Assembly: GCF_006345805.1 (NCBI RefSeq)
Contig: NC_043002.1
Span: 104,408,001-104,472,000, forward strand
DNA length: 64,000 nucleotides
DNA from: Octopus sinensis
Taxonomy: Eukaryota
Direction of reading: 5' to 3'
Part shown: positions 13,432-25,793 of the stretch, one piece after another
Layout: every line of letters begins with the position of its first letter
Numbering within the stretch: position 1 is the stretch's first letter
Notes under the pieces: generated by a model
Databases searched by the model: none
What the model was told of the DNA's origin: nothing
Seen by the model: only the letters and a program-made list of their open reading frames with translations
Made by a program: the position numbers and the translations under genes

Positions 13432-13605
13432 TTCGCCATGATAGATCACTAGCCATTACACATTCTTTATTTTCTCTCCTTGTTTCTTTCTGTGTTCCTT
13501 TCTGTTGAAGAGCGTAGGCTCGTAACTTTAAAGGCTTTTTCACTTCCCAAGCGTTATACTAATACATGTTTGCTGTCTACTCCATCTGTCATCGTCTTTT
13601 GTTTT
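13432..13605 (+). mobile_element. family C dispersed repeat (probable Penelope-like terminus) with decayed hammerhead-like motif at 13498-13533
   Basis: CTTTCTGTTGAAGAGCGTAGGCTCGTAACTTTAAAG; homologous to minus-strand copies near 15.7, 27.1 and 40.7 kb. Confidence 0.7.
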
Positions 13606-13624
13606 GTATGTATGTATGTTGTTT

Positions 13625-14213
13625 AAGGTGGTATCGATATGTGACCGACGTCACATATCTCGAGTTGCGCATGAGTTGAAGTCTCGGGTTGCGCACGAGA
13701 AAGTAAGGAGGGATGTCAGGAAGGGCATCGCTGTTACACATCCAGATTGAAAAGGTCTTTCTATGATGCTGACATGCAGTATCTGTGCAAGACCCTGCCA
13801 CAGTGAAGCAGGACTCAAGATTCATCTTCGTAGTCATAAAGCGAGACAAATGAGTGACAACCTGACCACTGGTGGTGGTGCTACACACCATACTAATCAT
13901 ATCTGTCAGGCATGTGGAAGAGAATGTAATTCAGCAGGAGGACTTAAACGACATGCGAAGTTACATGAAGGCCACTTACAACTACAGCCGGCTATTGTCG
14001 GTAAAGGTTTTAGCTGCCAATTCTTTGCAAGACATTGTAGATCTTTAGTTGGGCTAAAAAGGCACATTCGATCACAGCACCAATAACAGTTATGCTTCGT
14101 GCAATGGCCATGCTCGATAATGATGAGGCAGGCATAATGTATGTAAGTATGTATGTATGTATGTATGTATGTATGTATGTATGTATGTATGTATGTATGT
14201 ATGTATGTATGTA
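13625..14213 (+). mobile_element. 5'-truncated RTE-clade LINE: C-terminus with three C2H2-like fingers, 3' UTR and (TATG)n tail
   Basis: ORF 13763-14086: CSICARPC..GLKIHLRSH, CQACGREC..GLKRHAKLH and a decayed [18 protein letters not shown]. 3' UTR GCTTCGTGCAATGGCCAT is shared with the 44.2 kb element. Similar architecture to the RTE fragment at 54.4 kb. Confidence 0.75.
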
Positions 14214-15494
14214 TCAGGCTGAGTGAAAGGTAAGTAACGTTTTGAAACATGGAATTCATCAAAATATATTTCATCAATGCGGAAATTTTATTCATCAATG
14301 TCTGTACCATCACAATCAATACATTTTTGCCGACGAGTTACAAGTTTGTTTATTTCGCTAACATAAAAATCTGGAGTTCTGGCCCTGATGAACTCTTTGA
14401 ACGCACTTTCAGCATCGGTGTGAATTTTTAAAATTCCTTCTCTCTCAGGAAACCATTAAGGTATTTGAAAAAGTTGCAGTCGGTAGGACAAAGGGTTGGG
14501 GAATGCCTTGGGTGGGGAGGAACTTCGTACCCGAGATCCCTCAATTTCTGGAGCGTCACTAGTGACACGTGTGACCGAGCATGTTTATGAAGAATGATTG
14601 GCCCTCTTCTGTTGACCAGTCTGGGACGGAGAAGTAACAGTTTTTCGTTCATTTTTGGCAATTTCATGGCAATATGTTTCTGCAGTAATGCTTTTTCCAG
14701 GTTTTAAGAAGTTAAAGTGGATGCGTCCGGGAGTACACTACCAAACAGTCAAGATAAACTTCTTTTTGAAGAGATCGGGTTTAGGGAAGGTCTTTGGTGC
14801 TTCATTTTGGTTCAACCCCTGCGAAGGTTTTTGTTTTTTTTTATTTTACAGCGTCCCAATTTCATCGCAAGTTACAATACGGTCGAGAAAGGGATCGGTT
14901 TTGTTACGGAGAAGCAACGAGTAAATTTCATATCTGTGCATTTTCTGATTTTCATTCAACCGTGTGTTGCCCGTTCGACGAGATTTTTTTAATTTTCTTA
15001 TCGCATGCAAATGGTTGCAGGTAGCTTTCTAACCTGAAATTCTTTTACCAGTTTTCGAGTGGTATTATGTGGATCTTTCTCATTTGACGGTCTTTAACTG
15101 ATCGTCACCGATGACAGATGGGCACCCACTACGCTCACGATCTTCAAGGCTCAGGTCTCCATTGCGAAATCGTTGAAGCCATTTTTGAGCTGACCACTCT
15201 CTGGTCATTTCCTAACCAAAGGTTTCGTTGATATTGCGAGCAGTTACGGCTGCTTTGAGTCCTATTTTGATGTCGAATTGCAAAATTGCTCCAAAATCAC
15301 GCTTTGAGCGTTCCATTTCAGACGATGGTAACAAAGATGAAAAAAATATCAGTGTTAATTTATTGAATTATTTGGGAACTCTATATCTGTATTATCATAG
15401 AATTACAAAATATGTTTTAAAAAACTCAAAACTCTGCAAAAATCCGGTATAAATTCTTCATGGTTCAAAATGTTGCTTACATTTTACTCAGTCT
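14214..15494 (-). mobile_element. full-length decayed mariner (DD34D) transposon, about 1.28 kb
   Basis: Imperfect TIRs AGGCTGAGTGAAAGGTAAGTAACGTTTTGAAACATG and rc AGACTGAGTAAAATGTAAGCAACATTTTGAACCATG; TA at 14212-14213; transposase remnants inside. Confidence 0.88.
14288..15316 (-). pseudogene. mariner transposase pseudogene
   Basis: Hand translation across frames: MERSNRDF..KIGLKAAVTARNINETFG..LEDRERSGCPS; DPFLDRIVTCDE; IILHKHARSH (HDNARPH); HPRHSPTLCPTD; KLVTRRQKCIDCDG. Contains stops and frameshifts. Confidence 0.88.
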
Positions 15495-15500
15495 CTCTCA

Positions 15501-15564
<64 letters not shown>

Positions 15565-15584
15565 ATCACACATACACAGACATA

Positions 15585-16230
15585 TATAGTTGAAATTTAC
15601 AGAAAAACAAAAAAGAAGACAAGTGTATGAACAACAAACAGGTGTATTACATTAATGCTCGAGAAGGCTAGAAGGTCTTTTACATTTCGAGCTTACGCTC
15701 TTCAACAGAAGGGAATAGGAGAAAATAAACCGAGAGATAATAAAAAAGAAAAAGTGGATTTAGTGCTCAATTTTGCCGACTGGTTGGAAAAATAATTTGA
15801 CAGGAGAGTCAGGAAGAAGGGGAGATAATAAATACCGGTAATCCCGAAGCGAAGGAGCGCTTGTGTGTGTATGTGAGAGTGTGTAAGTGTGTGTGTGTGG
15901 ATAGGGGCTAGTGACTTTGACGTGTGGATATGCGTATGTGTGTGTGAGTCTGTAACGTGTGACTGTGCTGATGATGGTGTGTGGGTGTGCAGATTTATAG
16001 TGTGTTGTGTAGGTGCTGGGAAGTTGTCAGTGCTAGTGTGTGTGGAGTGATGTGGGGTGGTGCGATGCGGTGTGGTGGTATGTGTTGTGGTGTAGTGTAG
16101 CGGTCCTGTGTGGGGGATGTGAGGGTGGGTTGTGGGCAGTGTAAGTTTGGGGTGTAGGTGTGGGTTAAGGATGAGGATGTGGGTAGGGTGAGGATGAGGT
16201 GTAGGGGGATAAGCTGGAGTGAAAAGTCAC
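15585..16230 (-). mobile_element. long family C copy (probable Penelope-like 3' end) with hammerhead-like motif at 15677-15711
   Basis: Minus strand CUU-CUGUUGA-A-GAGC-GUAA-GCUC-GAAAU-GUA-AAAG, preceded by a CA/ACC-rich low-complexity stretch. Confidence 0.65.
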
Positions 16231-16836
16231 TGTTAATGAAGTTCTAAAACGAATTTAAGCATTAACTAAGTCTTTTATTCATATATATCTTCAAAAGTTT
16301 ATTAAGTAATTATATAATAGCATTGTGTGTGTATATGTGTGTGTGCGTGTGTATTTGCGTACGTATGTGGTGTGTTTATACAAGTATGTATGACTATTTC
16401 TTACCTAAAATAATACGTTTTCTATAAGTCATCTCTCTACATTTTACACCTTTCGATATACTTTCTCACCTTTTCACGTGTACACCTTCACCTATTTACA
16501 TTTCTATTTATAACATCGATCATCAAATAATTGCCAAAGAGTGAGGAAAACAATTCATTTCAGACGTCACAAATGACTCGCTAATTTCACAATCGCTAAA
16601 CATGCAAACCCCATCTCTTCTTCTTGTGCTCATTCGCTCAGCGAGAAACTGCATCAAAACTTTCGACAAACATAATCCACTGAGACCTATTAAATGACAC
16701 ATTGGAAATCATTGCCCTGTATTCAACATTGCACAGCAATGTTTCAAGAACTGCCAGTCTCGTAGTTTCGTTTGACCATAGATCTTCCTGCAAGTATGAA
16801 ATCTGAGACTGATAACAATACTAACAACTTCATTAT

Positions 16837-17217
16837 GGAAGCACTCCGTCGGTTACGACGACAGGGGTTCCGTTTGATCCGATCAACGGAACAGCCTGCT
16901 CGTGAAATTAACGTGTGAGTGGCTGAGCACTCCACAGACACGTGTACCCTTAACGTAGTTCTCGGGGATATTCATCGTGACACAGAAAGTGACAAGGCCG
17001 GCCCTTTGAAATACAGGTACAGCAGAAACAGGAAGTAAGAGTGAGAGAAAGTTGTGGTGAAAGAGTACAGCAGGGATCACCACCATCCCTGCCGGAGCCT
17101 CGTGGAGATTTTAGGTGTTTTCGCTCAAAAACACACACAACGCCCGGTCTGTTAATCGAACTGCGATCCTATGACCGCGAGTCCGCTGCCCTAACCACTG
17201 GGTCATTGCGCCTCCAC
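16837..17217 (-). mobile_element. tRNA-headed SINE family D, full length, 14-bp TSD
   Basis: Head GGAGGCGCAATGACCCAGTGGTTAGGGCAGCGG; tail CGTCGTAACCGACGGAGTGCTTCC; TSD AACAACTTCATTAT at 16823-16836 and 17218-17231. Confidence 0.93.
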
Positions 17218-18832
17218 AACAACTTCATTATAGTAAGACAACGAAGAAAAATGCCATCCTTCTACGGCTTTCTCTTTTCAGAAATGAAGGCCAAATCTTC
17301 TTCACTCTCTTTTGTTGTTGTTGCTACTGTTGCTACTGTTATTGGTCGAAAAAGCCAGCTTCTATATATGGCTGAAGCGGGAAGACCAAAAATGGCTTGA
17401 AAGTCATAACATGCCGGCGGAAAATAACATCACTAAGTGAGACAAGCTGACACTGAAGTAGCTTCGCTGATTGACAGGTGACGGTCTCATTTAGAGAATT
17501 CGGGGGCTGAGACTACGTGTCTTCATTGGTCAGTTGAGACAGTGTCACGTGACAACTTGTTGGGGCTGCCTGCTGGAGCTTAGCAGCAGGTATTTAAAGG
17601 GGGAAAAAATGACCAGATAGTCAGTCGCCCGTTGACACTCGTTGATGCTACATCGAAGAGGCCAAGGAACAGAAGAAAGAAGAAAGAAGACATGCACCCA
17701 ACACCAGAGCTGAAGACACCTCCGAAAGGGGTGGGAGCTCCACCACGTCAAAACGGTAGAGCAGTAGGGGCCGAAACCGGACGTGGTTCCTCCTGATGAT
17801 ATCTTGAGGTAACTAGATTTTATAAAGGAGGTGTTGTGGCAGCAGACCACGAAATACGATTGAAATTCCTCCATGTTGTTGTTGCCACTGATGTTCCTCA
17901 TGTTACATTTGTTGTTATTGTATTTGATAGAGTTGTTGTCCTTACTGCTGTTGTTGGTGTTATTGTTGATGTTATTATTGTTGTTGTTATTGTCGCTGAT
18001 GTCATAGGAATGTTCAACAGAACTCGTACAGCGAAGCTACAGCTAACAACAGTAATAACAAGAACAAGAAAAATAACTGCTGACAAGACAAGGCTAAAAC
18101 TATATATATATTGACAAATTTCCATTTGCTAGTTATTTTCTCTGGACTTTGTAAAAGAGAACTGCCTCTGATAGTAGAGGGGAACCTTTCGTAAGGTATT
18201 TCAGCTCTGATACGTGTTAACACCTCAACCACGGTGTGAACTACTGCAGTGAAAACCACCACCATCACAGGCCACACATCTGCAGAATCATAGGCGGTTA
18301 TCAACACCAACGTGTACATCTTGCTGGAAATAATTTGCCTTCCGCAAAACAAGTGGCACCGAAACTGAGATGCAATCACGCCAGTGTCCTCTTCTTAAAT
18401 GGTTTCTCGTGATATCATTAATCGATTCAAGCATTTTGGTATTCTTAAGTGGAATTTTCTCTTTTATTTAATTACCTGATGCTTTCTCTGGTTATCTTCA
18501 CCGTTATATATTCAACGGTTTGCGTTAACGAGGAAGCAAATCGATTTAGCTGATGCTCATTATCAATACGATGAGTGTTTAATTAGAAGATACCCGTATA
18601 TACAAGTTATTCTATCGAACCAAACCACAATACCGTAGCAAGTTTCTCGCACCTACCTTTTCTCTGATATTCAATAATAATTACATTTTCATTCTTCCGG
18701 TTTCGTGAAATGTATTGAGGGTAACTAGCAGCTGTTTACTGTTTAGTCTCCTAATAATTACTATCAATATCGATATATGTTTGCCTGTATATGGATGTGT
18801 GTGTGTATATATACATATATGTGTGTGTGTGT

Positions 18833-19140
18833 GGAGGCGCAATGGCCCCGTGGTTAGGGCAGCGGACGCGCAGTTGTAGGAGCGCGGTTTCGATTCCCAG
18901 ACCGGGTGTTGTGAGTGCTTAGTGGGCGAAAACACCTAAAGCTCCACAAGGCTCCGGCAGGAAGGGGCGTACACTGCGGTACTCGTTCGCCGTAACTTTC
19001 TCTCACTCTTTCTTCTGTTGGCCTGCTCGCTTAACCAGCGGGGTAGCGTCATTCGAAGTCTAAAACAATGCGAAGCGCATTGTGACAAGCGATGTGTAGC
19101 AACATCTGATAACCTGGTCGGTCACGGTGATCACGGTGAT
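18833..19140 (+). mobile_element. SINE family D variant with alternative 3' tail
   Basis: Same head as family D but tail GCGATGTGTAGCAACATCTGAT..GGTCACGGTGATCACGGTGAT(AT)n; the tail is shared with 40245-40470. Confidence 0.88.
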
Positions 19141-19807
19141 ATATATATAACATAGATGTACATATAAATGCGCTCACACACACACACACATATATAGACA
19201 CACGCATCTCAGTGAGTATCAGAGAGTATCTATGCATACACATAGATGCAAGTTGACACTTAGGCTCGCTCATATAAATGCACACACATATATCTTAAAA
19301 GATTGCATTTAATATCATTGCTTTTATTGAAGAATTTTCATATTTTCTCATTAGTCCATTATATTTACTTAGGATGAATAACCTTTCTATGTGATTAACT
19401 TTGCAAGATTTCGGCCTTAGCTTCTAAATGATATTGAAATTTGAGCGCTGCAGATGCGCTCAGTACTACGTGACGAACGATCATTAGGAGAACTGCTGTA
19501 ACTGATAAAATTTTTATTGTTGGATTTAAGGTATTCTGGCGCTAAAATCCTGCTAATCTTCATATTGTATTTCAGGATTATGTATTTGTGCTTTTATATT
19601 TAAGAATGTATTTTGCAATGAAGAATATCTCCATCGGTGAACTGTCCGCTTTTTGTAGAATTAGATAAGGGAGAGTAGTAATAAAATCTAGAGTTTAGTA
19701 ATCTAAGTTTGTGCTGTGATCACTTTGAAATTCTTTGTAAATGTCTAAAACAGTAATTGCAGAGAGAGTCAACGAAACTGTATCGTATAATACCTGAGTA
19801 ACACTAA

Positions 19808-20187
19808 TCTCTCTCTATATAAAGCTGAAGTTGTAAATGTGTGGCAGGTTTGGTAGCCTTCAACTAACACTATCACCTCCGAGACCCCGAGGCGCAAGTT
19901 GACCAAAATTGAGTGTATGATAGAAGAAGGCTAGCTCTTCCTTCCGTTGAAGAAAAATTTCAAATCGGACCAAGTTAACACCAAAAATTATTTACATCAA
20001 AAATGTGATTTTTATCTATGAAAATCCCTATTTTTTACGATTTTTTGACTGCTGTGTCGCCATTTTTCGGTGTATTTCAACCAGAAAAATGTTGACTTAA
20101 GGCTACATAATGCAAAATTTTTGCTTTTCAAAAATTCCAATTCTAAAGGGTCGAAAAAACCCGAGCAACGACCAGCGATACTGCTAG
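19808..20187 (+). mobile_element. non-autonomous Helitron, copy 1
   Basis: 5' A|TC start, 3' hairpin remnant then CTAG|T, no TSD; highly similar to 37848-38242. Confidence 0.8.
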
Positions 20188-20476
20188 TTAAATGAGGAAG
20201 CTAGAAGAGTAGGCCAAATCATAGAGCAATACATTGACGAATCTTGACAAATATACGTACAAGAGATATCTGACTGCTATATCAATCATATTTAACTTGT
20301 CTACATAATGGATCACTCTATCATAAGCAGACTCATGTAACAGAAAACCTGCAGCACTTGTCATTAATTATCTGGTTTGTAAATGGGAATAAGAGACTGT
20401 CTCGGCAATATAAAACCCCAGGCCTACAATCATATTTCAGACATAAAGTGTATTGTTCACGTTTTGATGTTTATAT

Positions 20477-20871
20477 CATTCTTTACTCCTTACTCTTTTA
20501 TTTGTTTCAGTCATTTGACTGCGGCTATGCTGGAGCACTGCCTTTAGTCAAGCAAATCGACTCCAGGACTTATTCTTTGGAAACCTAGTACTATCGGTCT
20601 CTTATGCCGAACCGTTAAGTTACGGGGACGTAAACACACTAGCATCGGTTGTCAAGCAATGTTGGGGTGGTGGGAGACAAACACACACACACACACACAT
20701 ATATAGATATATACGACGGGCTTCTTTCAGTTCCCGTCTGGCAAATCCACTCACAAGGCTTTGTTCGGCTTGAGGCTATAGTAGAAGACACTTGCCAAGG
20801 TGCCACGCAGTGGGACTGAACCCAGAACCGTCTGGTTGGTAAGCAAGCTTCTTACTACCCAGCCATTCCAG
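20477..20871 (-). mobile_element. SINE family B, full length, 17-bp TSD
   Basis: Family B head, core and tail; TSD CGTTTTGATGTTTATAT at 20460-20476 and 20872-20888. Confidence 0.93.
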
Positions 20872-21906
20872 CGTTTTGATGTTTATATTAGAGCAGGAAA
20901 ATTCCTGTCTGATATATAAATCTTCTCAAAATGAGACGCTTAATGCGGGGAGATTTTTAATGTCAAATTACAAACTTTAAAATCAGCGCATATATTTGTA
21001 AATGATAGGTTTATCAGCCATCAGTTTTCCTGTAATTCTTTATGTCTTAATATGATATCCGCCAACAATACGCCGCAATTATATCTTCATTCACGAGATA
21101 GATCTTAGAGAGCTCTCAAATGTTAATCAAAATAAAATTTCTAGAGACTAAAATCTATACGTTGAGGATTAGTTAAGAAATATGAAAAACTCTTCATGAG
21201 AAAAAAAGATATGAATCGATGTAACGTCCCTGAAATCAAAAGTGTTTCTGTTGACTGTTTTGCGGTTAATTTATATAATTCTTTTAAATATAGGCTACAG
21301 ACACAACCGCATGTGCGCATAAACAAATATATACACAAAGGTATATACATATATCTATACATATCATCTTTAAACTAAATATTTTGGTGGAGGGTTACAT
21401 GCATAGCCCATGAGCAACATCAGACCCTCTGAGATCTTATAGGAAGATATGAGTAGTTATCATAAAATCGGAAACGTTTTCGGAATAGTGAGTACTTGAT
21501 GGATTCCACTAAAGACATCCAATTGTCTGGTAATGTGCAACGAGTCGATGGTTTAAATCTACCGGCCAATATTAAGCATAACGTGATGATAACTGCAGAG
21601 TGATGTGAAATGTAGAATTTCCGTGTCGTATATTACAGAAATTCGAGATGGTTTGATATTATTATCTGAGTTGCTTCCCTTTTGGTCAGACATATATCCC
21701 GATCTACATTCGATCTTCCATCTTTCATTTTGACATTTATCTTCTTTTTTCCATGGTGTTTGCTTATTTCGTGTTTTATTCTTTCTTTAACCGTCGTAAC
21801 GATGTTGCTGTTTTGGGTTGATCCCGTATTAATATTGATTGAACCGAGAAAAACGATAAAAACGTGTTTCACCCGTCAATTTCGACTTTCTTTATATCAG
21901 CAACTA

Positions 21907-22054
21907 CCGCCGAGGTCGACTTTGCCTTTCATCCTTTCGGGGTCGATAAATAAAGTACCAGTTACGCACTGGGGTCGATGTAATCGACTTAATCCGTTTG
22001 TCTGTTCTTGTTTGTCCCCACTGTCTTTAGCCCCTTGTGGATAGTAAAGAAATA
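21907..22054 (+). mobile_element. 5'-truncated family A SINE
   Basis: CCGCCGAGGTCGACTTTGCC...TAGTAAAGAAATA. Confidence 0.9.
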
Positions 22055-22559
22055 TATATGATGCTGGTAGTCGACGATTTGAATGAGATTCGTCTGCACT
22101 CTCTGGCTCTTAATAAACACAACAGCTTGTAGATGTGTTTATTACTGTCTTATTTGACGTACTGTCAGATGGCGGTTAATAATCGGGCGTGGTGCTATAG
22201 TATAGGCATAGAAATATGTAGCGTAGGGACAGTTAAAGCAGTAGCTACTATTGAGATTGAGTAACGTAGCGTACAGAGAATAAGAGTTTTATGAATCGTA
22301 TTGTTTAATGCAGTGTCAAACAGTGACGTCGTAGTCTCACTAAATATTTAGGTGGAGGGTAACATGCATGGCTCATGAGCACTTTCAAACCCTCTGAGAT
22401 CTTATGGGAAGATATGAGTAGTTATCATAAAATCGGAAACGCATTCATAGTCATATCGTACTTCAGAATGGAGCCCATTGTAGCTGTAGCTAATGGCGGA
22501 ATAATATTCATGTGTTTGACTTAGCGATGTGATGTAAGCATTGCATATTGTTTGCTTGC

Positions 22560-23155
22560 TGAAAATGGTTCTGCAACTCTTTGAAGCTTTAGTGTACGTG
22601 TAGTGTGATAGAATAGCGTGTTGTAATGTGGCACCTGGAAGTCTGGTTTACTGTGATGTATTGAAGTGTAACAAAACGGTTTTGTGTGACATTTATTGCC
22701 GAGAAGATCTGCTGTGGTGGCGGTGCAGAGGTGTAGGACACAATATTGTGGTGTTTTGGTGTAGTGTGAATCAAAGGCAGTGGCTACTCGCAGTGGTGTA
22801 ATGTCGAGTGTTTGTATAATTTGCTGAGCAGTATATTATTGAGTTCTTCTAGAGTGTATTGCTGTAACAGTAACAGACTATGTTAGGGTATTGTGGTTCT
22901 GTGTAGAGTAGAAAACGTGCAGTGTGCGCTTGGGTGTGCACCGTGGTTCTGGTATTCTGTTGTAGAATTGTTTGTTATGGTAGAATATGATAGAATTGAA
23001 TTGCGTGTTGAATGATGTGTGTTGTGATGTTTTATTCTTGACTGTTGATGAAAATATGTGTTGTAGAGTGTGGAGTGGTCTGATAGCTTGTTCTGGTGTA
23101 GTGAAGGATTGGATGAGGAGAATGACGTTGAATGGGAGGCGAGGTATTTAAGCAA
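22560..23155. repeat. degenerate GTGT/GTAG-rich low-complexity tract
   Basis: Decayed short-period pattern (TGTAG, TGTGA, ATAGA), similar in texture to 15870-16210; gives H/T-rich spurious ORFs. Confidence 0.6.
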
Positions 23156-23900
23156 TATAAATTAATTAATCATTCAAGTAGTTCACATCTGTCCCCGACA
23201 AAATACATACTCACGCGCACACACATTAAAACATACAAATACCTTCTCTCTTAATCATAAATACACACTCATACAAAATATTTACGTACAATCACTCATT
23301 ACATACAAATATGTGTGTGCGTGTGTATGTGTGCAAATATATTTGTATACCAACTCACTTCTAACACATCTCTATACACACACATAATGCTTCATTCATA
23401 TGCCATAGTATTTCTTCTAAGATGCAATTTCTGTAGATAACACTTGAAGAACACGGTAACTAAGGCAACAAATTACATTGGCTTCAACCTTATCGATTGT
23501 TTGTCTTTGGCAAAATGCTTCGATTTCCCCATCTTCCCCGCCACCCGCCAATAAAATGGCTGCTAGACATTACCCATCACACTCGGTAAAATTGTGAATA
23601 TAATACTTCCGTGTTGGATAGCTTGCACATTTGATATTTTTGGACTTGTAACCTTTTCAGGTTTCCTCAAGTGTAGAATTCAAAATCGAAGCCAGCAGAC
23701 TCTTGGAGAATTCGTTGTGATAACTTGCCATTGTTAATCGCATCAACTTTGATTAAATACTCCAACAATTTTTCTATATTATTGAATGCAGTCCTGTTGT
23801 TATAGTGAAACACATTATTGTATGAGAAAGTGTATACATGTATACATACAGACTTATGTACATATCCAAATACACTTATGTATATATATCCAAATACACT

Positions 23901-23952
<52 letters not shown>

Positions 23953-24208
23953 CATACATATATATATATATATGTATATATATAAATACATACATACATA
24001 CATACATACACACAAGTGCTTGTTTGAGTGTGTATGTGCGTGCTCAAGTAGGTGTATAAGATTGTATGTATGCATTGTTTGATCACGTGTTTATGGGTGA
24101 AACCTGAAGAGTTCTTTGATGCCCCTGCAATTCTATGCATATAGATGCTCTTGCATATGAAATGTTTTAATCACTATTGTTTACCCATGCACACATACGT
24201 ACATATAT

Positions 24209-24239
<31 letters not shown>

Positions 24240-24467
24240 AGTGTGTGTGTGTATGTATTTAAGTATGTATATGTGTATATGTCTCTCTCACTCGCGTTTA
24301 ATGCAATAGAGTCGCTTATTGATGGAGTGTGACGAGAGTTTGAGAACAATGTTTAAAGAAACTTACGAGTTGTATGCTACCTTACACTTACACAGACTGA
24401 TAAGAGACACAAACACATATATGCACACACACAATGATGTGCATGCAGATACACTCACACACACGCT

Positions 24468-24507
<40 letters not shown>

Positions 24508-25468
24508 TTACAGGAATTTACAAAGCCATAGAATATACTCATGCAGTAAAAAACGTTTCATTTTGGTGGAAGATCATATTTCGGTATAAAACCACTTAGA
24601 CGCAGCATTTTGAAATTCCAGAACTCTTGATAGACTACAGATATCATTCTGTTATTTGCCTTCGATTCTGTTCCCTTTTAAACTTCTTCATTCAGTACGC
24701 CTTCGTGAAAGTGCAAATACCTAAGCACGTTTTTTTCCTATAAATATGGTGGTGATGCCATACAAATTGGTTTGCGATTGAATAAACGGCCAACGAAGTG
24801 CTGTCTCGAGTCCAAGAGCTCATGGGGACGTCTTCGATGCATTATTTAAGACAGAATCACCACATTTCCCGGAACAGGACACCAGTCATTTAAAGGTTTA
24901 ACGTTACTCAATTACACCTGAACAGACTGGAGCAAGATAAAAAGAAATATTTTGCTCAAGAACATTACGCATCGTACGGACCAGGAATCGGAAACTCTAT
25001 ATTACGGTCATGCGTAGAACAGCTTAACCACTTGATCAAACAACAAGGCTGAATTATAGAAACTCATATGTCGGTTGGAGGCTTACAATGTGCTCTAAAT
25101 ATAGGCCCCGATCGAAATATTGCTGGCATTTAAAAAAGGAACCATGTGATGCCTCTTGAACAATTTAAGTATTCAAAGTAAATTTTAAATGATAGTCATA
25201 AGTTTTGTTTTCCTCTTCTGACATCTGCTCCTATTTTTCAAGGACGACCGTCTTACTGAGTTGATATTTTTATGGGGTTTAAATATGTAGATTATGTTCT
25301 AAGAATAATATTTATGAAACATGAATGAATTTCACAATTTGAAGCTCAACGTGTTGCTATCGAAATATCACAAAATATAGCTCGAGACCTTGAGAAGAAA
25401 AAACAATAAAATTCGGGAAGCCATTTACGTATATCTCTGTAGTAACTCGGCACTCCATCACACACACA

Positions 25469-25507
<39 letters not shown>

Positions 25508-25530
25508 ACACACACACCACACACACACAC

Positions 25531-25567
<37 letters not shown>

Positions 25568-25705
25568 GTGGAACAAATATAGTATTATTGGACGCTCAGG
25601 AAAGAAGGAAAGAAGGACGGTTTAACGTTTCGAGCGGAGCTCTTCGTCGGAAAGATAGGAGAAGGAAAGATCCAGAGAAGGGAAGACAGAGGGAAAAAAA
25701 TCGCA
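25568..25705 (-). mobile_element. family G dispersed repeat with hammerhead-like motif at 25620-25654
   Basis: Minus strand UUU-CCGACGA-A-GAGC-UCC-GCUC-GAAAC-GUU^-AAA; second copy at 36.2 kb. Confidence 0.7.
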
Positions 25706-25759
25706 CACATATATATGTATATATATATATATATACATTTTACTATATATATATATATA

Positions 25760-25793
<34 letters not shown>

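Noticed and set aside
13763-14086. Host C2H2 zinc-finger gene
   Set aside because: It is followed by a 3' UTR shared with another repeat and a TATG tail, lacks TGEKP linkers, and is better explained as a LINE C-terminus.
17768-17803. Type II hammerhead (GAAAC...GUU...CUGAUGA)
   Set aside because: Only 4 nt lie between the cleavage triplet and the core, so stem I cannot form, and there is no stem II pairing.
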